Shown here: one piece after another, positions 29,406-39,792 of the stretch | How the letters are laid out: each line of letters opens with the position of its first letter | Numbering within the stretch: the first letter of the stretch is position 1 | Translations under genes and position numbers: made by a program | The notes under the pieces: model-generated | The model's database searches: none | What the model was told of the DNA's origin: nothing | What the model saw: the letters and a program-made list of their open reading frames with translations, nothing else | NCBI GenBank assembly: GCA_036771335.1 | Contig: DAIPHN010000002.1 | Coordinates: forward strand, 1 to 43,651 | Length of the DNA: 43,651 nucleotides | Reading direction: 5' to 3' | Source of the DNA: Burkholderiales bacterium | GTDB taxonomy: Bacteria; Pseudomonadota; Gammaproteobacteria; Burkholderiales; Ga0077523

Positions 29406-29453
29406 CGCTGTGAATGACTCCCGGTGTTGGAGTGGGTTGAGGTCGGGCCGTGG

Positions 29454-30089
29454 TCAAGCGCTGGCGGCGCGGCTCACGAGAACCTTGTCCACGAGTCCGT
29501 AATGCACAGACTCCTCCGCGCTCATGAAGTTATCCCGATCGGTGTCCTTCTCGATGGTCTTGATGTCCTGGCCCGTGTGAGTGGCCATGATGGAATTGAG
29601 CTTCTCGCGCAGGTACAAGATCTCCCGTGCGTGGATCTCGATGTCCGAAGCCTGGCCCTGAAACCCTCCCATGGGCTGGTGGATCATCACTCGAGAGTTC
29701 GGCAACACGAAGCGCTTGCCCTTGGCGCCCGCGGCGAGGAGGAATGCCCCCATGCTGGCCGCCTGGCCGATGCAGAGAGTGGAGACATCGGGCTTGATGA
29801 ACTGCATGGTGTCGTAGATGGCAAGCCCCGCAGACACCGACCCGCCGGGAGAGTTTATGTAGAAGAAGATATCCTTGTCGGGGTTCTCGGACTCCAGGAA
29901 CAGCAATTGGGCCACGATGAGATTCGCCGTGGTCTCAGTGACCGGGCCCACCAGAAAGACCACCCTCTCCTTGAGCAGGCGGCTGTAGATGTCATAGGCG
30001 CGCTCCCCACGGCCGCTCTGCTCGATGACCATGGGGATCAGGCCGAGCGCGTCCGGCTCGCGATCCCATCCCGATCTTCCCCATTTCAT
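29454..30089 (-). CDS. clpP: ATP-dependent Clp protease proteolytic subunit
   Basis: ...[29 protein letters not shown]...[14 protein letters not shown]...MIHQP... The start overlaps the tig stop (ATGA). Confidence 0.95.
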   Translation of the reverse strand: MKWGRSGWDREPDALGLIPMVIEQSGRGERAYDIYSRLLKERVVFLVGPVTETTANLIVAQLLFLESENPDKDIFFYINSPGGSVSAGLAIYDTMQFIKPDVSTLCIGQAASMGAFLLAAGAKGKRFVLPNSRVMIHQPMGGFQGQASDIEIHAREILYLREKLNSIMATHTGQDIKTIEKDTDRDNFMSAEESVHYGLVDKVLVSRAASA

Positions 30090-31393
30090 GACGCCCCTCC
30101 CATCAGTTCATCGAACGGCGTGTCGCGGTCGGTCAGATTCACGCGGCCCAGCACCCACTCCACAACGTTGTTCTCGAGCACCACCGCTTCCACTTCGCGA
30201 ACCCGCTCCGGAGACTGGTAGTACCACCGCACCACTTCCTCGGGCTCCTCGTAGCTCTGGGCATACTCATCAATCACGGCGCGAATCTGTTCGGGCTCAG
30301 CCTTGATGCCCTCCCGCCGCACCAGCTCGTTGAGCACCAGCCCGATGCTCACGCGGCGGCGCGCCTCGGGCTCGAAGGCTTCTCTCGGGATGTTGACGCT
30401 CTCTGCCGCCATGCCTCTACCACGCAGGTTTTCAAGCATGTTTGCGGCAAGGCGATCGGTCTCCGCCTCGATCAGCGCCTTGGGCACTTCGAATTTCGAC
30501 GCGTCGAGGAGAACCTTTAGGGCCTGATCCTTGGTGTTCTGCCGCACGCGCCGCCTGACCTCGCGCTCCAGGTTTGCCCTGACGTCGGCGCGCATGCGGT
30601 CGAGGCTGCCGTCGGAGATGCCCAGGGCACGCGCAAAATCCATGTCGAGCGCCGGCACCTTCGCCTCCTGGACCTTATGCAGCGTCACGGTGAACTCCGC
30701 TTTCTTTCCAGCAACGTCCTGGTCATGATAGTCCTTGGGAAAGGTCAGTTCAAACGAGCGTGTTTCATCCGCGCTAACGCCTTCCAGCGCGGCCTCGAAC
30801 TCCGGTAGCAGCCGCCCTTCGCCAAGCGTTACAGCTTGCCCCTTGGCTTCGCCTCCTTCGAACGGCACACCATCGATCCGCCCCTGATAGTCGATGAGAA
30901 CCAGATCGCTTCTGGCAGCGGCCCGCTCCACTGGCTCGTAAGTAGTGCGCTGGCGGCGCAGCACCACCACCGTCTTCTCCACATCGGCATCGCCGACGGC
31001 CACAACCGGCCGCGCGATGGAGTGACCGGACAGTTCCCCGAGTTCGATCTCAGGGAATACCTCGAAGGTGGCGGTGAATTCGAACTGTTCCTGCGTTTCA
31101 CCGGCAGGTTTGGCTTCGATGCGGGGCAGGCCCGCCACGCGGAGGTTCTTCTCGCGCACCGCCTCCCCGAATGTGCGCTCCACCATGTCGCCAAGTACCT
31201 CCTGGCGTACTTGCGAACCGAACTGACGCGCCACCACTTTGATGGGCACCTTGCCGGGCCGGAAGCCGGCCAATTTGACAGTGCGCTGCAGGCGCTTGAG
31301 GCGGTTGTCCACCTCGGCGTTGATCTGATCGAGGGGGACGGCGACCTTCAGGCGCCGCTCCAGCGTGCCGAGGGTCTCGATGGAAGCTTGCAT
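30086..31393 (-). CDS. tig: Trigger factor
   Basis: [20 protein letters not shown]...[13 protein letters not shown]... with a central FKBP-like domain. 435 aa, upstream of clpP. Confidence 0.93.
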   Translation of the reverse strand: MQASIETLGTLERRLKVAVPLDQINAEVDNRLKRLQRTVKLAGFRPGKVPIKVVARQFGSQVRQEVLGDMVERTFGEAVREKNLRVAGLPRIEAKPAGETQEQFEFTATFEVFPEIELGELSGHSIARPVVAVGDADVEKTVVVLRRQRTTYEPVERAAARSDLVLIDYQGRIDGVPFEGGEAKGQAVTLGEGRLLPEFEAALEGVSADETRSFELTFPKDYHDQDVAGKKAEFTVTLHKVQEAKVPALDMDFARALGISDGSLDRMRADVRANLEREVRRRVRQNTKDQALKVLLDASKFEVPKALIEAETDRLAANMLENLRGRGMAAESVNIPREAFEPEARRRVSIGLVLNELVRREGIKAEPEQIRAVIDEYAQSYEEPEEVVRWYYQSPERVREVEAVVLENNVVEWVLGRVNLTDRDTPFDELMGGAS

Positions 31394-31527
31394 CGCGGAA
31401 TCTCTCAGGTTTCAGGGTTGCCACGACAGCGACCCCGGCGGGAAATGCCCGGCGATCCGGTCAACTCGTTCTCGGGATCGAGGGGACGGGGTTCAAGGAC
31501 GGCGAGGTGGCTGCCCGCCGGGGTCGC

Positions 31528-31612
31528 TGGTGCGAAAGGGGGGACTCGAACCCCCAAGCCTTGCGGCGCCGGAACCTAAATCCGGTGCGTCTGCCAGTTC
31601 CGCCACTTTCGC
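31528..31612 (-). tRNA. tRNA-Leu (anticodon UAG)
   Basis: Reverse complement reads GCGAAAGTGGCGGAACTGGCAGACGCACCGGATTTAGGTTCCGGCGCCGCAAGGCTTGGGGGTTCGAGTCCCCCCTTTCGCACCA. A long variable arm is present. Confidence 0.93.
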
Positions 31613-31726
31613 GATGCCTCATTCTATTACAATCCCTCCGTCTCGCATCCGCTCCAACCTCGCGCCCCGGGGTCCTTTGAGGCAATCCACTGAGGGCAAT
31701 TGATTTCTCGGGTCGAGCGGCAATTC

Positions 31727-32536
31727 ATGGGTGTCGGTCACTACGAAAATTTTCCGGTCGCTTCGGTGCTGCTTCCGGCGCGGCTGCGCACACCGGTTGT
31801 GGCCCTGTACCGATTCTGTCGCGAGGCCGATGACATTGCCGACGAAGGTGACGCCCCCGCTGAAGAGCGTCAGGCCGCCCTGGACGCCCGCCGGGACGAC
31901 CTTTATCGCATCGAGCGAGGCGAGGGGCCGCTATTGCCCCATTACGGCGCCGTGGCACAACTGATCCGCGAGCACCGTCTGCCGGTGCGGCACTTCCACG
32001 ACCTTCTCTGCGCCTTTCGCCAGGACACCCTCAAGGTCCGGTATGCAGATTTCGGAGAACTCATGGACTATTGCCAGCGCTCCGCAAACCCGATCGGCCG
32101 TCTGATGTTGGCTCTCCATGGCGCCGCCACCTCGCGAAATGTGATGCTCTCGGACGCCATCTGCTCGAGCCTGCAGATCATCAACTTCCTGCAGGATGTG
32201 GCTGTGGACTGGCACAAGGGACGCGTCTACCTGCCCCAGGAGGATCTGGCTCGCTTCGGCATCACCGAGGCACACATCGCCGCCGCCGACTCGGGAAGCG
32301 CCTGGCGCAACCTGATGCGGTTCCAGGTGGAACGCGCCCGGAGCCTGCTGCGAGCAGGCGCGCCGTTGGCCCGGGAGGTGGGCGGGCGGTTGGGGCTCGA
32401 GCTGCGGCTGGTGGTGGAGGGCGGCGAGCGTATCCTCGAAAAAATCCTGCTGGTCGAGGGCGACGTATTCCGCCGCCGGCCGGTGCTGGTGAAGCGCGAC
32501 TGGCTGCTGATGGCCTGGCGAGCCCTGACACGCTGA
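31727..32536 (+). CDS. hpnC: Hydroxysqualene synthase HpnC (squalene/phytoene synthase family)
   Basis: MGVGHYENFPVASVLLPARLRTPVVALYRFCREADDIADEG... is the typical HpnC N-terminus, placed first in the hpnCDE order. Confidence 0.8.
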   Translation: MGVGHYENFPVASVLLPARLRTPVVALYRFCREADDIADEGDAPAEERQAALDARRDDLYRIERGEGPLLPHYGAVAQLIREHRLPVRHFHDLLCAFRQDTLKVRYADFGELMDYCQRSANPIGRLMLALHGAATSRNVMLSDAICSSLQIINFLQDVAVDWHKGRVYLPQEDLARFGITEAHIAAADSGSAWRNLMRFQVERARSLLRAGAPLAREVGGRLGLELRLVVEGGERILEKILLVEGDVFRRRPVLVKRDWLLMAWRALTR

Positions 32537-32551
32537 ACTGGCGGGATATCC

Positions 32552-33385
32552 ATGACACCAGACCAGTACTGCCAGCGGAAGGCGGCAGCGAGCGGTTCGA
32601 GTTTCTATTATTCGTTTCGATTCCTGCCGCTGCGGCGCCGGCGCGCCATCACGGCGCTTTATGCCTTCTGCCGCGAGGTGGACGATGTGGTGGACGAGAC
32701 CACCGACCCCCAGGTGGCCCGGGCCACGCTTCAGTGGTGGCAGCGCGAGGTGGGCGCCCTGTACGAGGGCAACCCAAACCACCCGGTGACCCGCGCCCTG
32801 GCGCCCGCGGTTGCCGCCCATGGCCTCGAGCAGGCGCGTCTGCTCGACATCATCGAGGGCATGGCCATGGACCTCGAGTGGAACCGGTATCCCGATTTCC
32901 CGACACTCGAGGTGTACTGTCACCGCGTGGCCGGCGTGGTGGGCATGCTCTCCGCGTCCATTTTCGGCTATCGAGAACCAGCCACCCTGGAGTACGCCCG
33001 CGACCTGGGCATCGCCCTGCAGCTCACCAATATCGCCCGCGACGTGGGCGAGGACGCCCGCCGCAACCGCATCTACCTGCCGCTCGACGAGCTTGCGCGT
33101 TTCGGCGTGAGCACCGACGATATCCTGCTGTTTCGTGAAACGCCCGCGGTGGCGGAGCTGCTGGCCCACAACGCGGCTCGCGCCCGCGACTATCACGCGC
33201 GTGCCCTTGCCCGCCTGCCCGCCGTTGACCGCGCCGCCCAGCTTCCCGGCCTCATCATGGGCGCGATCTACGCCCGACTGCTCGATGAGGTGGCCGCCGA
33301 AGGCGCCTCAGTGATGAGCCGGCGCGTCTCGCTCACCCCCCTGCGCAAGCTGTGGATCGCCTGGAGGACCTGGCGCCGTGGCTGA
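32552..33385 (+). CDS. hpnD: Presqualene diphosphate synthase HpnD
   Basis: ...SSFYYSFRFLPLRRRRAITALYAFCREVDDVVDE...YCHRVAGVVG...TNIARDVGEDARRNRIYLP... Confidence 0.8.
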   Translation: MTPDQYCQRKAAASGSSFYYSFRFLPLRRRRAITALYAFCREVDDVVDETTDPQVARATLQWWQREVGALYEGNPNHPVTRALAPAVAAHGLEQARLLDIIEGMAMDLEWNRYPDFPTLEVYCHRVAGVVGMLSASIFGYREPATLEYARDLGIALQLTNIARDVGEDARRNRIYLPLDELARFGVSTDDILLFRETPAVAELLAHNAARARDYHARALARLPAVDRAAQLPGLIMGAIYARLLDEVAAEGASVMSRRVSLTPLRKLWIAWRTWRRG

Positions 33386-34697
33386 CACACGCCAACTGCC
33401 CGGCGCCCCGGCCGCCCGGGTGCGGGTGATTGGCGCCGGCTGGGCCGGTCTCGCCGCGGCCGTCACTCTGGCGCGCCACGGGGTACCCGTGGCCGTGCAC
33501 GAAGCAGCTCCGGCGCCAGGCGGGCGGGCGCGCCGTGTGCTGCTCGACGGGGCCAGCGTGGACAACGGCCTGCACATCCTTCTGGGCGCCTATGGCAGCA
33601 CCCTGCAAATGATTCGCACCGTCTCGCCGGATGCCGACCATCTGCAGCGCCTGCCGTTGCGCCTCGAAGTGGCCGGACGGTTGTCGCTGCGCAGCGCCAC
33701 TGCCCCCGCGCCGCTGGACCTGCTCGCCGGCCTGCTGCGCGCCAGGGGGTTGACGGCAGCAGAGCGGCTCGCCACAGTGGGCTTCATGCTGCGGCTGCGC
33801 CTGTCGCGGTTCCGCGCCCGTCCTGGCGAAACTGTTGCAGCCCTGCTCGACCGCTTCGGCCAGCGTGGCGCCGCCCGCATGTGGCTTTGGGAGCCGCTGT
33901 GCGTGGCGGCTCTCAATACCGCCCCTGCGGAAGCCGACGCCCAGGTGTTTCTCAACGTGGTGCGCGATGGCATGGCGGGCGGCGGGCGCGCCAGCGATCT
34001 GCTGCTGCCGTCGAGCGACCTGGGCAGCCTGTTTCCCGAGCCCGCCTGCCGCTGGCTTGAAGCGCGCGGTTGCGCCGTGCACCTGGCGGACCCGGTACGC
34101 GCCATCCGCGTACGCGGCAGCGGTTTTTCCCTCGAATGCCGCTCCGGGAACCATGGCGCGAGCCAGGTGGTGTGTGCCACCGACCCGTCGCGGGCTGCCG
34201 GCCTCGTGGAGCATCTGCCCCCGCTCGCCCCACTGGCCCAGCGCCTGAGGGCGCTGCGCCACCTGCCCATTACGTCCGTGTACCTGCAGTATGAGCCCCA
34301 CCGCAGCCTGCCAGCGCCCATGCTGGGGCTTCCCGACGGTCCCCTGCAATGGGCCTTCGACCGCGGCGCGCTGTGCGGGCAGCCCGGCCTGCTGGCCTGC
34401 GTGGCGAGCGCCGCAAACCACTTCGACTCGTGGGGACGCGATCGCATCGCCACTGCTGCCCACGCCCAGCTGGCGGCGCTCATACCCGACCTCGAATCCC
34501 CGCGTTGGCAAAGCGTGATCTCCGAGAGGCGCGCCACCTTCGCCTGCATTCCCGGCATCGACCGGCCCGAGCGACGTACCGCACTTCCAGGCCTGTTTCT
34601 GGCGGGCGACTACACGGCCGGGGATTATCCCGCCACGCTCGAAGCCGCTGTGCGCAGCGGCATCGCCTGCGCCCACGGCATCCTGAACACTCCATGA
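33378..34697 (+). CDS. hpnE: Hydroxysqualene dehydroxylase HpnE (FAD-dependent amine-oxidase fold)
   Basis: The dinucleotide-binding motif is VRVIGAGWAGLAAAVTLARHG, and the C-terminus is ...LFLAGDYTAGDYPATLEAAVRSG... The GTG start overlaps the hpnD end by 8 nt. Confidence 0.8.
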   Translation: MADTRQLPGAPAARVRVIGAGWAGLAAAVTLARHGVPVAVHEAAPAPGGRARRVLLDGASVDNGLHILLGAYGSTLQMIRTVSPDADHLQRLPLRLEVAGRLSLRSATAPAPLDLLAGLLRARGLTAAERLATVGFMLRLRLSRFRARPGETVAALLDRFGQRGAARMWLWEPLCVAALNTAPAEADAQVFLNVVRDGMAGGGRASDLLLPSSDLGSLFPEPACRWLEARGCAVHLADPVRAIRVRGSGFSLECRSGNHGASQVVCATDPSRAAGLVEHLPPLAPLAQRLRALRHLPITSVYLQYEPHRSLPAPMLGLPDGPLQWAFDRGALCGQPGLLACVASAANHFDSWGRDRIATAAHAQLAALIPDLESPRWQSVISERRATFACIPGIDRPERRTALPGLFLAGDYTAGDYPATLEAAVRSGIACAHGILNTP

Positions 34698-35446
34698 GCC
34701 TGCCCGCGCGATACGCCCCTTCGGCACACCTGCTGCGCGAGCGCGTCATCCTCGTTGCGGGCGGCAGTCGTGGGCTCGGTCTTGCCTGCGCCCAGGCGTT
34801 CGCCGGCCTCGGAGCCCGGGTGGTGATTACCGGCCGCGACCCCGATCGCCTGGAAGACGCCTGCGAAACCATCGCGGCAGCGGGCCACGAAGCACCGGCT
34901 GCCATCGGCATCGACTTCGAAACCGCGAGCCGGCGCGACTTCGAAGGCGTGGCCGGCGCCGTGGAGCGGGCCTTCGAGCGGCTCGACGGCGTGCTGCACT
35001 GCGCCGTGCACCTGGAAAAACTGGCGGCCGTACAGGATCTGGACGTCGATACCTGGAACCGGCTGCTGCGGGTGAACTTCCTCGCCCCGCTGGCTCTGGC
35101 CAACGCCTGCCTTCACCTGCTGTCGCGCGCTCCCGACGCCTCGGTGGCCTACGTGATGGACGAGCATGTGCTGTCGCCCGGCGCCTGGTGGGGCGGAGGC
35201 GCGGCGCCGCGGGCGGCGCTGCTGGCTGCCATGGGCGCCCAGTCTCAGGAATGGCAGGCGCGCTCAGGGCCGCGCGTCAATGCACTGCTGCCCGGCGCCA
35301 TGGCCTCGCCGGCGCGGGCCTTCACCCACCCGGGCCAACATCCCACCACCCTGCCCCCGCCAGCCTTGGTGGTGCCGGCATGCTGCTGGCTGATGGGCCC
35401 CGACAGCCGGGGCACCACGGGCCAGGTGATCCGAGCCCAGGGGTAA
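34694..35446 (+). CDS. YciK-like short-chain dehydrogenase/reductase-fold protein with a degenerate active site
   Basis: ATG 34694 overlaps the hpnE stop (ATGA). The Gly-rich motif VAGGSRGLG is intact and the C-terminus ...CCWLMGPDSRGTTGQVIRAQ is YciK-like. No YxxxK is present: the aligned segment reads AWWGGGAAPRAA. Confidence 0.7.
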   Translation: MSLPARYAPSAHLLRERVILVAGGSRGLGLACAQAFAGLGARVVITGRDPDRLEDACETIAAAGHEAPAAIGIDFETASRRDFEGVAGAVERAFERLDGVLHCAVHLEKLAAVQDLDVDTWNRLLRVNFLAPLALANACLHLLSRAPDASVAYVMDEHVLSPGAWWGGGAAPRAALLAAMGAQSQEWQARSGPRVNALLPGAMASPARAFTHPGQHPTTLPPPALVVPACCWLMGPDSRGTTGQVIRAQG

Positions 35447-35455
35447 CGGCGGCAG

Positions 35456-35866
35456 TCAGCCCCCCAGCACCCCACGCATGCGCGAAGGCAGCGGCCGCGA
35501 CCGCCCCTCGGCCAGGTTCACCCAGACCATCGTGGCCGCGCCCTCGGCGAACACCGGCGAGTCCTGTGCGTCGAGGCGCATGCGATGCTCCAGCACGAAG
35601 CTCGCGCTGCCTACCCGGCCAGGCCGCAACTCGATGGCCAGCTCCGCCGGGTAGAGCACCGGCCGGATAAAGCGGCAGTCGATGCTGCCCAGCAGCGCGC
35701 CCTCCGCGTCGTTTACATAATCGAAGCCCAGGCTCTCGAACCAGGACAGCCGCGCCTGCTCGAAGTAGCGGAAGTAGGAGACGTTGTTGAGGTGGCGCAG
35801 GGCATCCAGCTCGCCCCAGCGCAACCGCATTCGTTCCACGTGGATGGGGGGGCGCTCCATGCTCAT
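35456..35866 (-). CDS. Acyl-CoA thioesterase (4HBT / YbgC-like hotdog fold)
   Basis: ...[34 protein letters not shown]... 136 aa. Confidence 0.8.
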   Translation of the reverse strand: MSMERPPIHVERMRLRWGELDALRHLNNVSYFRYFEQARLSWFESLGFDYVNDAEGALLGSIDCRFIRPVLYPAELAIELRPGRVGSASFVLEHRMRLDAQDSPVFAEGAATMVWVNLAEGRSRPLPSRMRGVLGG

Positions 35867-35994
35867 GGGTGCGGTCTCCGGCGGGGCGCCGGCACGGGGC
35901 TTGGCGGTATCATCTGAACACTTTTTTTCGTTTCGCGGCGACGGCGATTCTAGCCTTATGCCCGCAGGAGAAGACGGTGGCGCAACGGGAGTTC

Positions 35995-37614
35995 ATGGAG
36001 TATGACGTGGTGATCGTGGGCGCGGGGCCTTCGGGGCTGGCCTGCGCCATCCGATTGAGGCAGCTGGCGGCAGAGCATGGCCGCGATGTGTCGGTTTGCG
36101 TGCTGGAGAAGGGCTCGGAGGTCGGCGCCCACATCCTCTCCGGCGCAGTGGTGGAGCCGCGCGCCCTCGATGAATTGATTCCCGACTGGCGCGAGCGCGG
36201 CGCGCCGCTGCACACCCCGGCGCGCGAAGACCGCTTCCTGTTCCTCACCGCCACGGGCTCGTGGAAGCTGCCCACCCCACCGCAGATGCACAACCATGGC
36301 AACTACATCGTGAGCCTCGGCAACCTGTGCCGCTGGCTGGGCGAGCAGGCCGAAGCCCTCGGGGTGGAGATCTACCCAGGCTTCGCCGCCGCCGAGGTTC
36401 TGTACAACGACGCTGGCCAGGTCACGGGCGTGGCCACGGGCGACCTAGGCGTGGGCCGCGACGGCCAGCCCACCGACCACTACCAGGCCGGCATGGAACT
36501 GCGCGCCCGCCAGACCGTGTTCGCGGAGGGCTGCCGCGGCTCGCTCACGCGCGAGATCATGGAACGTTTCCGCTTGCGCGACGGGGTCGATCCCCAGACC
36601 TACGGCATCGGCATCAAGGAACTGTGGGAAATCGACCCCGCCCAGCACCAGCCCGGGCTGGTGGTGCACACCGTGGGCTGGCCGCTGGACCGTGAGACCT
36701 ACGGCGGCTCCTTTCTTTATCACCTGGAAAACAACCAGGTGGCGGTAGGTTTCGTGATCGGCCTGGACTACACCAACCCGCACCTGTCGCCCTTCGACGA
36801 GTTCCAGCGCTTCAAGACCCACCCGGCCATGCGCTCCACCTTCGAGGGCGGCAGGCGCATCTCGTACGGCGCGCGCGCCCTGTCCGAGGGCGGCTTCCAG
36901 TCGATCCCGAAACTCACCTTCCCCGGGGGGCTGCTGGTGGGCGACACCGCGGGCTTCCTCAACGTCCCCAAGATCAAGGGTACGCACACGGCCATGAAGT
37001 CGGGCATGACCGCCGCCGAGGCGCTGTTCGGACACCTGGGCGCCTCGGAGCCCGGTGCGGAAGCGGTTTCCTATCCCGACCGCCTGCGCACCACCTGGCT
37101 CTGGGACGAGCTGCGGCGCGTGCGCAACATCCGGCCGGCGTTCCGCTGGGGCCTGCTGGGCGGCGTCCTCCATGCCGCCGTGGACACTTACCTGCTGCGC
37201 GGCCGCGCCCCTTGGACGCTGAGCAATCACGACGACCACACTCAGTTACGGCGCGCCGCCGACGCGCCGCGCATCGAGTATCCCAGGCCGGATGGCCGCG
37301 TGAGCTTCGACAAACTCTCCTCGGTGTTCATCTCCAACACCAATCATGCCGAAAACCAGCGCGTGCACCTCACGCTCAAGGATCCTTCCGTGCCGGTGGC
37401 CCACAACCTGGCGCTCTACGACGCCCCCGAGCAACGCTACTGCCCTGCCGGGGTCTACGAGATCGCGCGCGAGGCCGATGGCGCCTCCCCGCGGCTCCAG
37501 ATCAATGCCCAGAACTGCGTGCATTGCAAGACCTGCGACATCAAGGACCCCACCCAGAACATCCGCTGGGTCGTCCCCGAGGGAGGCGGCGGACCCAACT
37601 ACCCCAACATGTGA
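35995..37614 (+). CDS. Electron-transfer flavoprotein-ubiquinone oxidoreductase
   Basis: [21 protein letters not shown]... (FAD motif) and a C-terminal 4Fe-4S region ...CPAGVYE...[17 protein letters not shown]...[13 protein letters not shown] 35995 has GGGAG upstream. Confidence 0.93.
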   Translation: MEYDVVIVGAGPSGLACAIRLRQLAAEHGRDVSVCVLEKGSEVGAHILSGAVVEPRALDELIPDWRERGAPLHTPAREDRFLFLTATGSWKLPTPPQMHNHGNYIVSLGNLCRWLGEQAEALGVEIYPGFAAAEVLYNDAGQVTGVATGDLGVGRDGQPTDHYQAGMELRARQTVFAEGCRGSLTREIMERFRLRDGVDPQTYGIGIKELWEIDPAQHQPGLVVHTVGWPLDRETYGGSFLYHLENNQVAVGFVIGLDYTNPHLSPFDEFQRFKTHPAMRSTFEGGRRISYGARALSEGGFQSIPKLTFPGGLLVGDTAGFLNVPKIKGTHTAMKSGMTAAEALFGHLGASEPGAEAVSYPDRLRTTWLWDELRRVRNIRPAFRWGLLGGVLHAAVDTYLLRGRAPWTLSNHDDHTQLRRAADAPRIEYPRPDGRVSFDKLSSVFISNTNHAENQRVHLTLKDPSVPVAHNLALYDAPEQRYCPAGVYEIAREADGASPRLQINAQNCVHCKTCDIKDPTQNIRWVVPEGGGGPNYPNM

Positions 37615-38994
37615 GCGCCGCGCCACACCGGCTCGTGAGCGGCCGGCTGGAGCACTGCCTGCGTGAACTGGCGCAGGCCGACAATGCCCTGATCGAAACC
37701 CGGCTCGCCGCGCTGGTGGCCGCAGTGGGGCCTGGCGCCGCTCACGACGCGGCAGCGGCGTTGCGGCCGTTGCTGGCGTTGCTCTGGGCGCAGCCTGATC
37801 TGGCGGACGCCCTGGGCAGCGCCGCTGGGCGGCTGTTCGCGATCCTGTACGGGTAAGGACTGTTCGCCGATCTCGGGCTGCTGGCTGACACCGGCTTCTA
37901 CAGCGAACTCCGACGACGCCTCGCCCATCGGGTGCTGCCCACGACGCCCGACCCGTACGAGCTTGCCGAAACCCGGGCAGCCGTGCTGCGTGCTCGCGAT
38001 GATCCTATGTGGGTGGCCGCTGTTGCAGAGCACGACTGGCAGGCGCTGTTCGCCCTGCTCACGCACGGCTTCCCGGCCGCGGGCGGGCGCATGGCCGTGC
38101 TGCGCGACGCGCTCTGCGCGCTCAAGGTGCTGTCGCACCGCGTGGCGGCGCTCGGGTCCGACCCGCGCCTGCGACGGGTACACCCGAGGCTGCCGAAGTG
38201 GAATCGCCGTTCCTCGCCCAGGCGGCGGAAGTGGCAGACGCGGAAACGGCGCGCCTCGCCGACTCCGGCATGGCGCCGCCCGACGCACGCCACGCCGTGG
38301 TGGGCAACGTGGTGCTCGCCTTTCCACTGGCCTGGCTGGTGTGCACTGCGCCGCGGTGCTGCGATTCGGCGGCTTCGCCGTGGTGGGTGCCGACAAGGCC
38401 ACCAGCATGCTTCACGACGCACAGCCGGTGGCAAGCCCGGCGCTGCTGCATGCGGCCATCGCGGACGTGTACCTGTTTCTGTCCGGTATTGTCTCCGGCT
38501 ACCACCACGACTTCACCGTGTATGGGCACGTCCCGGCTCGGGTGGCGAGGCTGCCCTGGCTGGCGCGGCTGGCAGGATCGGCGCGCGCCGCGCCGCTGGC
38601 CGCCTGCCTGGAACACAACCTCGGCGGCCTGGCGGGCAATTTCTACTTCGGCTTCATGCTCGGCATGGCCGGAAGCATCGGTCTGATCACCGACCTCCCG
38701 CTGGACATGCGCCATGTCACCTTTTCGGCGGCCAACGTGGACATCGCCACGGCCTCCCTCTAAGCTCTGCCCACGCGCAAGGCGCTGTGGAGCTCCACGT
38801 CCGCGGCGCAGGTTGGGCTGGTGAATCTGACCGCGGGCCTCACCCTGGCACTGTGACTCGCCATGAAGTCGCGCCGCATCGGCTTGCGCCATGTTTGACC
38901 CTTGGCGGCGGCGCTGCTGCGGCGCCTACGCAGCACGCCGCTGGACTTCGCGCGGCCGCCGCGCTGGGCCCGCCGCCCTATCATCGCGGCCTGA
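37611..38994 (+). pseudogene. Decayed multi-pass membrane protein gene; resembles the family usually annotated as site-specific recombinase transmembrane protein (Gcr-like, Pfam SpecificRecomb)
   Basis: One conceptual protein can be followed across three frames. In-frame stops lie at 37854-56 (TAA), 38761-63 (TAA), 38854-56 (TGA) and 38896-98 (TGA). Frame changes occur near 38183 and 38345. Recognisable segments are ...GLFADLGLLADTGFYSELRRRLAHRVLP..., ...ESPFLAQ..., ...VVGNVVLAFPLAWL..., ...LHAAIADVYLFLSGIVSGY..., ...NLGGLAGNFYFGFMLGMAGSIGLITDLPLDMRHVTFSAAN..., ...VGLVNLTAGLTLAL*LAMKSRR... The family assignment is from memory. Confidence 0.6.
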
Positions 38995-39015
38995 ACCTTC
39001 CCAGGAGCATCCGCC

Positions 39016-39759
39016 ATGTCCTTGCCAGACCCGGTCCGCCAGGCGCGAATCGACCTCACCGCCGCGCTGCGATCAGCCGCCCGCTTGGGCCTGAACGAGG
39101 GCGTCTGCAATCACTTCAGCCTCGAGCTGCCGGGCGCCCCGGATCAGTTCCTCATCAATCCCCAGGGCCTTCACTGGTCGGAGATCACCCCCGAGGACCT
39201 GATGATCGTGAACGAACGCGGTGTGGTGATCGAGGGCCGGCACCGGGTGGAACCCACCGCGTTCTTCATCCACGGCCGCATCCACTTGGGCAAGCGCAAG
39301 AAGTGCGTGCTGCACACCCACATGCCCTACGCCACCGCTCTCACGCTCATCGACGGGGGCGAACTGGACGTGTTCGCCAACCAGAACGCTATGCGCTTCT
39401 ACGGGCGGATCGGCTACGACCGGGACTACGGCGGCGTGGCCCTGGACAACGCCGAGGGCGACCGCATCTGCGACGCGCTGGGGACCAACGACGTGGTGTT
39501 CATGCAGCACCACGGCGTCATCGTGTGCGGCGACAACGTGGCACACGCCTTTGACGATCTCTACTACCTCGAGCGCTCCTGCATGGTCCAGCTGCTGGCC
39601 CAGAACACCGGACGCCCCCTGAAGCGCGTACCCGAGCCCATGGTGGCCGAAGTGGCGCGCCAGATCGAGGGCGAGCGCCAGCAGTCGGTGCTGCACTTCG
39701 AAGCGCTCAAGCGGCTTCTCGACCGCCACGAGCCGGGCTGGCGCGGCGGGCACCGCTAG
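39016..39759 (+). CDS. Class II aldolase/adducin family protein
   Basis: ...LNEGVCNHFSLELPG...FLINPQGLHWSEITPEDLMIV...VLHTHMPYATAL...VVFMQHHGVIVCGDNVAHAFDDLYYLE... Confidence 0.85.
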   Translation: MSLPDPVRQARIDLTAALRSAARLGLNEGVCNHFSLELPGAPDQFLINPQGLHWSEITPEDLMIVNERGVVIEGRHRVEPTAFFIHGRIHLGKRKKCVLHTHMPYATALTLIDGGELDVFANQNAMRFYGRIGYDRDYGGVALDNAEGDRICDALGTNDVVFMQHHGVIVCGDNVAHAFDDLYYLERSCMVQLLAQNTGRPLKRVPEPMVAEVARQIEGERQQSVLHFEALKRLLDRHEPGWRGGHR

Positions 39760-39792
39760 GGGCGCCCCCGGCGCGGCGCCTGGACGCCGCCG

